NCBI GenBank assembly: GCA_038889235.1
Contig: JAWAHN010000003.1
Location: 193,673-257,672 of the forward strand
Direction: 5' to 3'
From: Candidatus Jordarchaeales archaeon
GTDB taxonomy: Archaea; Asgardarchaeota; Jordiarchaeia; Jordiarchaeales; Freyrarchaeaceae
Length of the DNA stretch: 64,000 bases
The notes below the pieces were generated by a model that worked only from the letters and a program-made list of their open reading frames with translations, ran no database searches and had not been told where the DNA came from. Of this stretch, positions 49,364 through 59,795 are shown in pieces; within the stretch, counting starts at the first letter, position 1, and each line of letters starts with the position of its first letter. Both the position numbers and the translations under genes were made by a program.

Positions 49364-49603
49364 AAGGAAAGGCCTCGAGAACAAAGATTTACGCCTGCCT
49401 CTGGAGCCACTACTTTCTCCGAATCTTCCTTTTCCTTCCCCCTTGACTCCATGCGACTGTTATGGTTTGAGATTGCTTGGCACAAACCGAGGAAGCTTTA
49501 CTCACTATACTATTGTAAAGCGATAAGTCTCTCATTGCTCCTAAGTAAAATTTTTAAGTTTGATGAAAGAAAGAATTTGAAAGCCTAGGAGGGGGCTAAG
49601 AGG

Positions 49604-50023
49604 ATGGCTTCTAAAAAACTGCTAGATATGCTTAACGAAGCCATAGCAAGGGAAATCCAGGTCTCAATCCAGTACATGTGGCAGCACGTCCAGTGGAGCG
49701 GGGTTAAAGGGTTCGCTGTTAAAGATGAGCTGAAGAAGATAGCCATAACCGAAATGAAGCATGCTGAAGCGATCGCGGAGAGGCTAGTCTACCTGGGGGG
49801 AACACCAACAACGAAGCCCACAGAAATATTTGTCGGAAAAACACTTAAAGAGATGCTGCAACGCGACGTAAAAGACGAGGAGAACGCGATTAACCTGTAC
49901 AAAGAAATAATAGCGCAGGCGCGTGCAGAAAAAGATGAAACAACAGCGGTCCTATTCGAAGGAATACTGAAGGATGAAGAAGAACACCATGACACGTTCA
50001 CCACTCTGCTGGAAGACCTATGA
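49604..50023 (+). CDS. ferritin-like/bacterioferritin family protein
   Basis: 139 aa four-helix pattern with EMKHAE and EEEHH diiron-ligand-like motifs. Confidence 0.5.
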   Translation: MASKKLLDMLNEAIAREIQVSIQYMWQHVQWSGVKGFAVKDELKKIAITEMKHAEAIAERLVYLGGTPTTKPTEIFVGKTLKEMLQRDVKDEENAINLYKEIIAQARAEKDETTAVLFEGILKDEEEHHDTFTTLLEDL

Positions 50024-50138
50024 ACACTCGCTGGGAGTGACAGTTAACGCTACCAGTTAAGTCCGCCACTATACTTCAAACTTCATTTATTTTTGTTTGT
50101 CCTCCATGTGGGTTAAGCGGTGGACGCAGTGCGCTACT

Positions 50139-51089
50139 CTATAGGCCCAGTAGCTTGCTCGCGTTTTCTTTTAAGAGTTTACGTACTTCCTCATCGGTGA
50201 ATTCTACCCCGTACTCCTTCCCCTTTTGGGGCAGGGACTTTATGAAATTGACCCAGGCATCGTCACCCATCACCGAGACCAGGTAAGGCCAGTCGGTGCC
50301 GAACATTATCCTGTCTTTTAATGGTCGCCCTAATATGGCTGGTGTGTTGAGCACATCCCGGATGAGGCTGAGCCAGTAGCGCGTCATTCCCCTAGCACCC
50401 AGCTGGTGCCCCGAGATTTCAGCGTAAACGTTTGGCCGGACAGCCATTATCTCCACACACTTAAGTAGCCACGTCAACCCGCCGAAATGGACGAGAACTA
50501 TTTTCAGGTCAGGGAACTTCGCTGCGACACTGTCTATGTATATCGGGTCGGCATACTTTGACTCCATGGGAGCTGATATCAATGCTGCCGTGTGGGAGTG
50601 CAGAGGCACTCCCAGCTCGACGCACTTCTCGTAGAGGGGATAGAAGGCAGGATCGTCTGGATAATACCCCGCTGTTGGGTGAAACTTTACCCCCTTCGCC
50701 CCCCATTCCTCCACAGCCTTCTCGACGAGCTTGACAGCTCTTTCACCCCTCCTAGGGTCAACTGCACATAGAGGAACTAGCTTGTCCGGATACTCATTAG
50801 CTTGGTCGGCAACCCATTTATTCATCTCCTCAACAGACCACTTGGCCTCGCCTGTCTCAGGCATAAGCCCAAAGTCAACTCCTGTGACTATTGCCTTATC
50901 GATCCCCGCTGCATCCATAACCCTGACGAGAACATCTGCATTAGAAGCCCAGAACTGTGGAAGTAACTGTTCCATCACAATCTCTCTAGGCAGTCCGAGT
51001 GTCTTAGCATACCCATCTGCAGTGAACCTCCAAAAAGCATCAGACCACATATCTTTGTGCGCTAAATGTGCATGTACGTTAATAACCAT
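50139..51089 (-). CDS. amidohydrolase-2 family metal-dependent hydrolase
   Basis: N-terminal VINVHAHL metal-binding HxH and TIM-barrel-like pattern. Confidence 0.6.
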   Translation of the reverse strand: MVINVHAHLAHKDMWSDAFWRFTADGYAKTLGLPREIVMEQLLPQFWASNADVLVRVMDAAGIDKAIVTGVDFGLMPETGEAKWSVEEMNKWVADQANEYPDKLVPLCAVDPRRGERAVKLVEKAVEEWGAKGVKFHPTAGYYPDDPAFYPLYEKCVELGVPLHSHTAALISAPMESKYADPIYIDSVAAKFPDLKIVLVHFGGLTWLLKCVEIMAVRPNVYAEISGHQLGARGMTRYWLSLIRDVLNTPAILGRPLKDRIMFGTDWPYLVSVMGDDAWVNFIKSLPQKGKEYGVEFTDEEVRKLLKENASKLLGL

Positions 51090-51379
51090 CGAACCTCCCC
51101 CCTCAACTCTTACAAGTCATTCAGTTGTTTTTAAATAAAAAGATTCTGGTAAAGAGACTGAAAAATGTTAGACGACAAATGGAGAAATGTGTTTTAGGTA
51201 TGCAAAACAGACGTTAACTTCAGCCTTCAAAGTCACCTAGCAAGTCTCCTAGCAACCCCAGATGCATGCTAAAGTCCACATTTAAGCCGCTGTCTTTCAG
51301 TTTTAGGCTGGAGTTCTTTGATCTCAATAGGCTGCACAGTGAAGTTGCTGAGTGAAGTTCTGGTGGTTGGGCCTTCATT

Positions 51380-51895
51380 TTACCGGCTGGAAGTTTTGGA
51401 GAGTTTTAGGGTTAGTTCGGCGAAGCTGCGCCCGAACTCCCTGCACAACTCCTTGTCTTCCTCGCTCTCCGGCGCTTCTACGACAGCCAGCCCGTAGTGC
51501 TTGTCCCTCGGGTTACCCTTAACTATCATACCGTGGATTAACATGGCTTGAATTATTGATAGCAGCGTTGTTTCAGCACCTGTCGCCGTGCCACCAGACG
51601 TGGTGAAAGCCCCTCCAACCTTACCCTCAAGCCTGCCGTGGATGGCGATACTCCTGTCAATCAGGTCCTTCACCTTGGCGCTCACCCCACCATAGTACGT
51701 CGGCGACCCTATCAATATTCCGTCAGCGCTCAGTAAATCCTCCAGCTTAACATCGTCAACCCTTTTAACCACACAGTTCACACCTTTAACGCTCTTCACA
51801 CCCTCAGCTATGAGAAAAGCCGCTTTTTCAGTGTTCCCCGTCCTCGAATCATAAACCACTAACACGCTCACCAAGATTAAAACCTCCACGAACAC
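51380..51895 (-). CDS. flavodoxin-like (WrbA/NADPH-FMN reductase-like) protein
   Basis: VLVVYDSRTGNTEKAA FMN-binding N-terminus. Confidence 0.55.
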   Translation of the reverse strand: MFVEVLILVSVLVVYDSRTGNTEKAAFLIAEGVKSVKGVNCVVKRVDDVKLEDLLSADGILIGSPTYYGGVSAKVKDLIDRSIAIHGRLEGKVGGAFTTSGGTATGAETTLLSIIQAMLIHGMIVKGNPRDKHYGLAVVEAPESEEDKELCREFGRSFAELTLKLSKTSSR

Positions 51896-52197
51896 TTAAA
51901 CCTCCAATAGTAAAAAACCCTAATATAAGCTTCCACCAGACGATTTAAATTCCCGCACCAAACCCTCTGCAAACGATAACTTATCGGAAAAGTAAATAAA
52001 ATATTTAAAAAACAGCCATCTTTATTGAATTTTTCGCAATATTATGGCTCTTATATTGTAAATAATTCAATATTTTTTTACCATTAATCAGGTTTTTATA
52101 ACATCTAATAAGAAAATTTTATTAAAATAGAAGGCAGTAAAACATTGTGGGGAAAATATTCTGAATTAACAATTAGTAGGAGAATGGAGGTGAAAAG

Positions 52198-52914
52198 TTG
52201 ACTGGTTTTAACCGGTCTGAGTTTAAAATGTTTGAGAAAGCCCCCTACGAGACAATTGATGAAAGGACTGAAATGGAGTTAATTACTAGTAGCACTAAGG
52301 AATTAGAAAAAATTTATGGTAAAGTTTTTACAGTTAAAATTATAGAGTATGCGTTGCGCACAGTAGAGAGGTTTACTGGTGAGAGGCCGAGCGTGGAGAT
52401 TAACAGTTTGGACGAGCTTAAGGACTACCTTCTCTTAATTTCAAACAAGCTACCTGTGCCGAGTTACTACGTGATGTTCTGGGCGCAATATGTGACGGAA
52501 AAGAAGTTTGAGGGAGGTCTTGGAGTAGGGTACCAGATCAGCCACAGTGAACTTGCGAAGAAGGCAATTAGCTCGGATGGCATAAAGCCCGAGCAGGCAG
52601 CTAACATTGAGGAGGCACTTGCACTACTCCGCAAGCTGGCTGTTAACATGAAGATAGCGCCCATAGAGTTTGGCTACAAGATAGATGAAGACGGAAACTT
52701 ATACCTTTACCACGGGGGGTGCGCATTCCTTAAGGGGTGTAAGATGTCCATGGAGAAAGGAGTGCTGCACAGGCCGGACGGGAGAGTTTCGTGCGGCGTC
52801 ACGATTTTCGTGTGCCAGTTCCTTAAGTCGGCTACTAAGCAAGAGTGGGATCACACACTTCTAGAGTTCAACGAGAAGGAAAAGTACTGTATAGTGAAGT
52901 GCACCCCGATTTAG
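52198..52914 (+). CDS. Cys-rich hypothetical protein in AT-rich segment
   Basis: 238 aa; GGCAFLKGC, CGVTIFVCQF, YCIVKC; markedly AT-rich codon usage and a 300-bp AT-rich upstream region. Confidence 0.3.
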   Translation: MTGFNRSEFKMFEKAPYETIDERTEMELITSSTKELEKIYGKVFTVKIIEYALRTVERFTGERPSVEINSLDELKDYLLLISNKLPVPSYYVMFWAQYVTEKKFEGGLGVGYQISHSELAKKAISSDGIKPEQAANIEEALALLRKLAVNMKIAPIEFGYKIDEDGNLYLYHGGCAFLKGCKMSMEKGVLHRPDGRVSCGVTIFVCQFLKSATKQEWDHTLLEFNEKEKYCIVKCTPI

Positions 52915-53121
52915 AGGGCGAAGTGTGGGGGAATTTAGGGCGCTTAAACATGAGTAATTGAAGGTGGTGATAAAGACATTAATGCCGCTCTTTTGTCTGT
53001 CTTTTGTTGCTTTTGAGATCTAGGGCGAACGTTTTTAAAGTAAGTATTGACTCCTAGTTTTAAAGGCACTTCTAGATAGGTATGCATAGAGTTCGTTGAG
53101 TGGGAAAAGAGGCTGGTTGCT

Positions 53122-54312
53122 TTGAAGTACGTCGTTATAGTAGGGGATGGTATGGCTGACTATCCCCTCGACGAACTGGGCGGTAAGACTCCTTTGCAGA
53201 TTGCCCGTAAGCCAAACATGGACATGGTCGCCTGTAGGGGTAAATGCGGCTTGCTGAAGGCTATTCCTGAAGGGTTGCCAGCTGGATCCGACGTGGCCAT
53301 CTTGTCCATTCTGGGTTATGACCCGGAGAAGTATTACACTGGGCGTGGGCCGATAGAGGCCGCCGCCTTGGGTGTGGAGCTCCGGGATGGAGACGTTGCC
53401 TTCCGCTGCAACCTGGTGACTTTGGAGGGAGGTGTGATGGCGGATTACAGTGCGGGGCACATTAGTAGCGGCGAGGCGAGGGAGCTCATCAACGCTCTCA
53501 ACGAGGAGATTGGAAGCGGCTCCGTGAGGTTTTACAGCGGTGTGAGTTACAGGAATATCCTAGTCATTTCTGGTGGGAGGTTTGAGGGGTTAGAGTGCAC
53601 CCCTCCTCACGACATAACGGGTATGAGAGTGGAGGAATACCTTCCGAGGGGGGAGGGGAGCGAGCTGCTACTGGAGCTAATGAGGGCTGCGCAGAGGGTG
53701 CTTGAAGAGCACCCGGTTAACGTTAGGAGGGTTAGAGAGGGGAAGAGGCCGGCGAACTCTATATGGCCGTGGGGTTACGGGGTGAAGCCTAGGCTGCAGC
53801 GCTTCGAGGAGAGATTTGGGGTTCGCGGGGCCATAATTTCGGCTGTAGACTTGGTTAGGGGGCTTGGAGTGCTCACTGGACTGAGGGTTGTTAACGTCCC
53901 CGGTGCCACAGGGTACTACGACACGAACTACGCTGGGAAGGGCGAGTACGCGTTAAAAGCTCTAGAAGACGTGGATTTCGTGCTCGTTCACGTTGAGGCG
54001 CCGGATGAGGCGGGGCACGCTGGAGACATAGAGAACAAGGTGAAAGCCATAGAGAGAATAGATAGCGAAATTCTTGGGAGGGTGTTGAGGGAAATAGACA
54101 CCATTAGCAGCGACTACAGGGTGGCGGTGTTAGCCGACCACCCGACCCCCATAGTCAAGAGGACGCACACGCGTGACCCGTCGCCCGTGGCTGTTCTTTC
54201 AAGCAACGAAGATGGGGACGAGGTTGAAGGCTTCGACGAGTTCTCCGTCAGGAGGGGGAGTCTAGGGTTGATAAGGGGACATGATTTCATGAGCCGCTTC
54301 ATAGGACGCTGA
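53122..54312 (+). CDS. apgM: archaeal-type cofactor-independent phosphoglycerate mutase
   Basis: 396 aa; N-terminal VIVGDGMADYP, alkaline-phosphatase-superfamily pattern typical of aPGM. Confidence 0.7.
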   Translation: MKYVVIVGDGMADYPLDELGGKTPLQIARKPNMDMVACRGKCGLLKAIPEGLPAGSDVAILSILGYDPEKYYTGRGPIEAAALGVELRDGDVAFRCNLVTLEGGVMADYSAGHISSGEARELINALNEEIGSGSVRFYSGVSYRNILVISGGRFEGLECTPPHDITGMRVEEYLPRGEGSELLLELMRAAQRVLEEHPVNVRRVREGKRPANSIWPWGYGVKPRLQRFEERFGVRGAIISAVDLVRGLGVLTGLRVVNVPGATGYYDTNYAGKGEYALKALEDVDFVLVHVEAPDEAGHAGDIENKVKAIERIDSEILGRVLREIDTISSDYRVAVLADHPTPIVKRTHTRDPSPVAVLSSNEDGDEVEGFDEFSVRRGSLGLIRGHDFMSRFIGR

Positions 54313-54937
54313 GCGACACCTGTGTTTCGAGGAGCTTCTCGGCAACCTCTAACTCCTCCCTGGTATTCACGTTTACCGCAAACTCCTTGAAGCTTGACTT
54401 GAAATAGCACTCTTCAAGCACCCCCCCAGACGCCAACTTTACGCCGTCGACCACGTTAACCCCGGATGGAACGAAGTCCTCTCCGTCTATTTTCATGACC
54501 AAGGTGGGCTTCAATCCTAAGCTAACTACGAGCTGTAGGGGGACGACCGCTACAAGCGACGACTTACCACATGTAAAGAAGTAGTCGACTACAGCGTCGA
54601 GCAGCGCCTCTCTGAGCAGGGGCATGTCTGCCGGGCACACTAGTATAACCTGAGACTTTATCTGAGCGGCAGCATACCTGAGGTCTTCAACGTATCCAGC
54701 CCCCGGGGTTTGCACAAGCTGGACAGACCCCCTCCAAGCTTCCTCCAAGTGGCGTTTGGTGTTCGGAGTGTGGGGGCTCACCGCAACGTAAACTCTTTTC
54801 ACCGAGACCGCTTGCCTCACGGCTGTCACCACGTAGTCTATCATGGGTCGCCCCTTAAGCCGAGCCATGGGCTTCTCCGCCACGCCAAACCTCGACCCAA
54901 TTCCTCCAGCCATTATTAACCCGTCGACTTTACGCAA
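54299..54937 (-). CDS. cobY: MobA-like NTP transferase, probable adenosylcobinamide-phosphate guanylyltransferase (CobY)
   Basis: GLIMAGGIGSRFG nucleotide-binding motif; sits in the corrinoid cluster, with an 8-nt overlap of cobS. Confidence 0.5.
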   Translation of the reverse strand: MRKVDGLIMAGGIGSRFGVAEKPMARLKGRPMIDYVVTAVRQAVSVKRVYVAVSPHTPNTKRHLEEAWRGSVQLVQTPGAGYVEDLRYAAAQIKSQVILVCPADMPLLREALLDAVVDYFFTCGKSSLVAVVPLQLVVSLGLKPTLVMKIDGEDFVPSGVNVVDGVKLASGGVLEECYFKSSFKEFAVNVNTREELEVAEKLLETQVSLSVL

Positions 54938-55724
54938 GTGTAACCACCAACACCGTTATGAGTAGGGGGATTCTCGAAAGCTCACGGCAAGCCCCCAGAG
55001 CGTCTCCGGTCACGCAGCCGAAAACCCTGTTCGACAGATATGCCACAGCCAGCCCCACCGCAACGCTCACCGCAAGCGAGAGGGGTATGAGGGGGGCGAG
55101 CTCGTATGATGTGGAAAGGCTCAAAAGGTGCGCCGACGCGGCGAAGAGAAGGGATGCTAGTGCTACTGAGATGGCTAGGGAGGCTAACAGATCCTTCCAG
55201 CTGACGTTTTCAGCGAAAAAGCTTCCAAGACCCGATCCACTGGGCTTCCCCGCGCATGCGCAAGCGAGCATCGAGTTCGTGCAAGCCAGCTCGACAATGA
55301 ACGCTGAAAGCAAAGCGTAAACCCACGGTATACTACTATAGAGTGCAAGGGAGGACACGGTGACCAGTAGGGCTACAGCTACTCCGCCCGCACCCACATG
55401 CACGTCCTTCATCGCTCTCAGCTTCTCCTCCCTGCCTCCGACAGCCGTTAACCCGTCTCCGAAGTCGACAAGACCATCCATGTGCAAGAACCCGTTGAAG
55501 ACATTTACAACCAGGAGTGTCAGGGCGGCTGAGGGCAGAGGGGGGAGCAGAAGACCGGTAACTGTTAATGTTGCGCCGGCTAGGAGACCGTAAAAGGCTC
55601 CAACCACAGAGGTTAAGGCGAGGTAGCCGGCCGCCTTATCAAGCGAGCCCGTGTGCTTCAGAGGGATTACGGTGAAGAAGGAGAAGAGTAGTTTTAGGGA
55701 GTTCCAGGCGCCCATGCGATGCAC
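54930..55724 (-). CDS. cobS: adenosylcobinamide-GDP ribazoletransferase (cobalamin synthase)
   Basis: 264-aa polytopic membrane protein with a CobS-like N-terminus (FSFFTVIPL). Confidence 0.65.
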   Translation of the reverse strand: MHRMGAWNSLKLLFSFFTVIPLKHTGSLDKAAGYLALTSVVGAFYGLLAGATLTVTGLLLPPLPSAALTLLVVNVFNGFLHMDGLVDFGDGLTAVGGREEKLRAMKDVHVGAGGVAVALLVTVSSLALYSSIPWVYALLSAFIVELACTNSMLACACAGKPSGSGLGSFFAENVSWKDLLASLAISVALASLLFAASAHLLSLSTSYELAPLIPLSLAVSVAVGLAVAYLSNRVFGCVTGDALGACRELSRIPLLITVLVVTLA

Positions 55725-55725
55725 C

Positions 55726-56808
55726 TTACCTCTCAGAGTATATTTTCGACATCACACCGCCGACGAGAGACGCCACCACGTCGTCTAGGAACGGGCCTAG
55801 CAACGAGATAATGCCGGGCTTCTTTCTGTCATACCTAACGTAGTTGAAAACCCCCCTAGCCCCTGCGATGTAGTCTGCTATGGCCATTCCTATCATCTCG
55901 TCCGCTAAAAGGTGCACGGCGTCCCTTCTAAACTCTTCAGCGCTCAATCCGTGTATCAGCCCACTACCTCCCAAGTCTTCTAAGTGGACAGCCGAGGCGA
56001 CCAGAGCGTTAATGTTCACGTCTCCGGCCAGCTTGCCCAGCTCTTCCACGAACCGCTTCCTCACCTCTTCAGTGCTCATCTCGGAGTGGGGGACGTGGAG
56101 GGCGAGCGCGGCTTCAGCCATGTCCTCCACTGTCACCCCACGCTCCCTCAACTTTTCTATGAAACTCCTACTTCTCACCTCTCCAGCCTTAAGAAGAGAC
56201 TCTGTTAAGGCGTCCCTGACAGCACGGGATATCAAGGCGCCGGCGGTGGTCGCGGTTCCAGTGTACCTTAACCCGTTGCTTCTGTCGGGGCACGCGACTA
56301 CAACAGCGTCCGTCGAGGTTCCCCCTGCGTCGAAGCCGAGGCTCCTTAGGGCGAGGCATTTGGCTTCCGTCACCGTGATAACTGCGTTGACGAGGCCCTC
56401 GTCGGTAAGCGCACTGTTAATGAAGACGACGATGTTAATCGTTCCAGCCGCTTGAGCACTACTTCTAGCGGGGGGGCTGCCGGCTACCAGGGCGTTTGAG
56501 GTTCCAGCGGTCACAACAGCGGTCACGCTCAAACCGTTAGCGGAGTAGTTTTTAACAGTGAGTACCTCTTTCACTTTCGCCGCGGTCATTAAGCCGGCAA
56601 GCCTACCCTTCAAGTTCAACTTTCTGATTGCGGCGCGCAAGTCTTCCTCCGGCGTTTCGGAGGAGTAGTCAATGGGAACCTGAACTATTAGTGCTCCATT
56701 GATCCTCGTTATTCCAGGTTCGAGGACCGCGGAGCTTATAGCCCTACTCTCCTCCGGGAAAACTATCAAGGCGCACTTTTCGTCCGGGAAGCTCACACTC
56801 AAATCCAC
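55726..56808 (-). CDS. cbiZ: adenosylcobinamide amidohydrolase CbiZ-domain protein with C-terminal extension (possibly CobZ-like)
   Basis: About 220 aa of CbiZ-like core plus about 140 extra aa; sits in the corrinoid salvage cluster. Confidence 0.45.
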   Translation of the reverse strand: MDLSVSFPDEKCALIVFPEESRAISSAVLEPGITRINGALIVQVPIDYSSETPEEDLRAAIRKLNLKGRLAGLMTAAKVKEVLTVKNYSANGLSVTAVVTAGTSNALVAGSPPARSSAQAAGTINIVVFINSALTDEGLVNAVITVTEAKCLALRSLGFDAGGTSTDAVVVACPDRSNGLRYTGTATTAGALISRAVRDALTESLLKAGEVRSRSFIEKLRERGVTVEDMAEAALALHVPHSEMSTEEVRKRFVEELGKLAGDVNINALVASAVHLEDLGGSGLIHGLSAEEFRRDAVHLLADEMIGMAIADYIAGARGVFNYVRYDRKKPGIISLLGPFLDDVVASLVGGVMSKIYSER

Positions 56809-56812
56809 TCTC

Positions 56813-57814
56813 TCACCTCAGCAAGCTTATGAGCATAACCACGAGGCTCTCCAAATAGCCCTGCACGGCGAAACCAGCGGCCAGCGATATGGGGGATAAG
56901 GTGAAGTAGAAGAGGATGCATGCGAGACGCATTATCTTCACTGATGTCAACGCTTCCTTTACCCCAGGGTACTGGTACTCCGCTCCTAGGACGTGTTTCC
57001 CCCTCTTCTCCAATCGGACTCTAAGCGCTCCGGCTACCGCGGACATAGGCCACCCACCGTTGGGGCTCTCGGTCTTACCGTGATCTCTCAGAGCGATTCT
57101 AACACAGTTCCTCCAATCGGCTTTGAGGAGCATGGATGCAAGGACTATGAAGGGCAGGGAGATCCTCGCTGGCACAAAGTTTAGCGCGTCGTCAAGCCTA
57201 GCAGAAGCCCACCCGACGTTTATGTGAAAGTCGTCTTTGTACCCGACCGTGGAGTCGAGGGTGTTTACCACCCTGTAGAACACCGCTCCTGGGACACCTG
57301 CCAAAACAAAGAAGAAGACCGGGGCGCAGAACCCGTCAACTATGCTTTCAGAAGTACTTTCGACCGCGGCTGAAAGGATGAGGGGGCCGTCAAGGTTGCT
57401 CACGTCGCGTCCAACTATTCGCGAAACGTAAAACCTTGCTCCCGGGATGTCGCCCTCCGCCACCTTCAATATCACCGGTTTAGCGTGTTGCTCCATGTCC
57501 CTTATCGCGAACGAGAGTTTTAGAATATAGGCCGAGGCTAGAACCCAGGCAGCCTTACCTAGAAGTGACTTCACAAGTGAGAGGAGTAGCACGGTGAGAG
57601 ATGAGAAGAGGAGTGGCAGGAGAAGCGCTAGGGCGGCGCCTGCAAGCCTTTCGACGGAACGGTTTCCCCTAGGTATTCTGGCGTCAATCCACGAAGCTAG
57701 GACGCCTGCCCAGTGCGTTGGGTGTATGGCCCTGGGTGGCTCGCCGAAAAACAAGTCGATCACCAAGGCTAAAGCTACTATGGATGCGAGGTAGAAGCAT
57801 TCTGGCGGCTCCAC
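56813..57814 (-). CDS. cbiB: adenosylcobinamide-phosphate synthase CbiB/CobD membrane protein
   Basis: 333 aa; N-terminal LVIDLFFGEPP...HPT pattern; membrane topology. Confidence 0.65.
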   Translation of the reverse strand: MEPPECFYLASIVALALVIDLFFGEPPRAIHPTHWAGVLASWIDARIPRGNRSVERLAGAALALLLPLLFSSLTVLLLSLVKSLLGKAAWVLASAYILKLSFAIRDMEQHAKPVILKVAEGDIPGARFYVSRIVGRDVSNLDGPLILSAAVESTSESIVDGFCAPVFFFVLAGVPGAVFYRVVNTLDSTVGYKDDFHINVGWASARLDDALNFVPARISLPFIVLASMLLKADWRNCVRIALRDHGKTESPNGGWPMSAVAGALRVRLEKRGKHVLGAEYQYPGVKEALTSVKIMRLACILFYFTLSPISLAAGFAVQGYLESLVVMLISLLR

Positions 57815-57831
57815 GCCTAGAACGCCTCCAG

Positions 57832-58899
57832 CTAAGCTGTCTCCACCTTAAACGCAGCCGCCTGCCTCCGTATACCGTCAGACAGGTTTTTTAAGGCTTC
57901 TATGAGAGCGTCGTTCGCCTCTCTCTCCTTGACGCCAACCCTGATGAACCAAGAGTACTCCTCGCCGAAGGAGCTGCAGTCCCTGACCAGTATCTTGTTT
58001 TTAAGCAGCATCGCTTTAACTGTCGTCGCATTGACACCCAACTCCTTCACCTTGACAAACAGGAAGTTTGCATCGGGCCTGAAAACAGTGTAGCCGGGAA
58101 TCTTTGAAACACACTGGTAGAGTCTGTTCTTCTCACACTCGACGACGCTCACAGTTCTCTCCAGGTACGAGTCACAGTTCCTAAGGAGTTCGACTGCCAC
58201 AAGCTGCTCGATCACCCCAACCCCCCACGAGATGCGGAACCTGTCTATGTAGTCTATGAGGCTGCGCCCGCCCACCCCATAACCCACCCTGAGCCCAGGT
58301 ATGCTAAAGATCTTCGTCAAAGAGCGGGCGACGAAAAGGTTTTCGTGTCCTTCCACTTCGTGGAGGCAGGTTGAACGCCTCCCCTCTCTTAGAAAGTCCA
58401 TGAACGCCTCATCAATGAACACAAGGATTCCCTTCGCCTCGCACTCCTCCACTACTTCGAGGACCTTCTTTTTCGGCTCAAGCCTGCTCGTCGGGTTATT
58501 AGGGTTGCAGAGGAAAACCGCCCTAACATCTGAGCCGAGCCGCTCGAAAAGAGCGTCAGTGTCAAGAGCGAACTCGTGCTCCTCGCTGAGCGGAACTTCT
58601 TCGACGACGCCTCCAGCGAGACGGCAGTAATATGCGTACTCGCTGTACGTCGGTTGCTCAACCAACACGCGGTCACCCGGCTCCAAGAACGCTTCTGCGA
58701 AAGCTTTTATGAGCTCAGTTGAGCCGCAGCCGACCGCGATAAGGTCCTCGGCGACACCAATGAAGAGTGAAAGCTCAGATTTTAGGAGACTGCACGAGTC
58801 GTCGGGGTAACAGGAAATCTTGTCCAAGCTGTTCATAACAGCCTTCACGACGTCCACAGGGGGACCCAGAGGGTTAAGGCTGCAGCTGAAATCGAGCAC
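57832..58899 (-). CDS. cobD: class I/II aminotransferase-fold protein, probable L-threonine-O-3-phosphate decarboxylase
   Basis: PLP-lysine motif SLTKIFSIPGLRVGY; context next to cbiB. Confidence 0.55.
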   Translation of the reverse strand: MLDFSCSLNPLGPPVDVVKAVMNSLDKISCYPDDSCSLLKSELSLFIGVAEDLIAVGCGSTELIKAFAEAFLEPGDRVLVEQPTYSEYAYYCRLAGGVVEEVPLSEEHEFALDTDALFERLGSDVRAVFLCNPNNPTSRLEPKKKVLEVVEECEAKGILVFIDEAFMDFLREGRRSTCLHEVEGHENLFVARSLTKIFSIPGLRVGYGVGGRSLIDYIDRFRISWGVGVIEQLVAVELLRNCDSYLERTVSVVECEKNRLYQCVSKIPGYTVFRPDANFLFVKVKELGVNATTVKAMLLKNKILVRDCSSFGEEYSWFIRVGVKEREANDALIEALKNLSDGIRRQAAAFKVETA

Positions 58900-58973
58900 G
58901 TCGCCACCATACCTCCAAGCGTCTCCTCCGTGGCGCGGCCTCTCTATGCCAGCCAGCCACTTTTTGGCGTAAG

Positions 58974-59795
58974 TCAGCCGTCCTCACCCCTGTCAACGGT
59001 GGCCACGGGGATGACGACCAACCCAACGCCGGGAACCTTTTGGACGAAAGCCCTCACACCGTAGACGTCCTCTATGAGCTCCTCGCTGATAACCTCTTCG
59101 GGGCTGCCGCAAGCCACAATTCTCCCCTTCTTTAACACGACGAGTTTGTCGCAGTACCTCGCCGCTAAGCTGAGCTGGTGCATGGCGGCTATTATAGTCA
59201 CCCCTTCGTCGGCCAGCTTTCTAAGCATCTCCATTATTTCGAGCTGGAACCCTATGTCGAGGTATGCTACGGGCTCGTCCACCAGCAGTATTCTAGCCTC
59301 CTGGGCAAGCGCTCTGGCGAGCATTACGCGCTGTTTCTCGCCACTGCTCAGCTCCTCAAGCTTTCTGTTAGCGAAGCGCGAGACTTTCATGCGCTCCATC
59401 GCCTTCACTGCGACCTCCTCGTCGCGCTCGTCCTCCCACCAAACCCCACTAACGTGGGGGTGTCTCCCGAGCAGTACGACGTCCACAACGGGGAGACTTA
59501 CGTTCGCCGGAAACTCGGATGGGACGAAAGCACAGACGCGTGCAACATCCAAGGGGGACATTTTGCGCATTTCGCGCCCCTCAAGCATTATGACGCCGCC
59601 ATGCGGGGTGAGAACCCGGCTGAGGCACTTTAGCAGGGTGGTTTTACCGGATCCGTTCGGGCCGACGAGCCCGACGAACTCTCCCCTTCTAACCTCGAAT
59701 GTCAACCCGTCAAGCGCGCTCACAGAATTATACCTGTACGAGAGGCCCTCAACGCTTATGACGACTTTTGGTTCACAATTTACCTCACATTCCAT
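58974..59795 (-). CDS. ABC transporter ATP-binding protein (BtuD/FepC-like)
   Basis: Walker A GPNGSGKTT, LSSGEKQRV signature, LLVDEP Walker B. Confidence 0.75.
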   Translation of the reverse strand: MECEVNCEPKVVISVEGLSYRYNSVSALDGLTFEVRRGEFVGLVGPNGSGKTTLLKCLSRVLTPHGGVIMLEGREMRKMSPLDVARVCAFVPSEFPANVSLPVVDVVLLGRHPHVSGVWWEDERDEEVAVKAMERMKVSRFANRKLEELSSGEKQRVMLARALAQEARILLVDEPVAYLDIGFQLEIMEMLRKLADEGVTIIAAMHQLSLAARYCDKLVVLKKGRIVACGSPEEVISEELIEDVYGVRAFVQKVPGVGLVVIPVATVDRGEDG

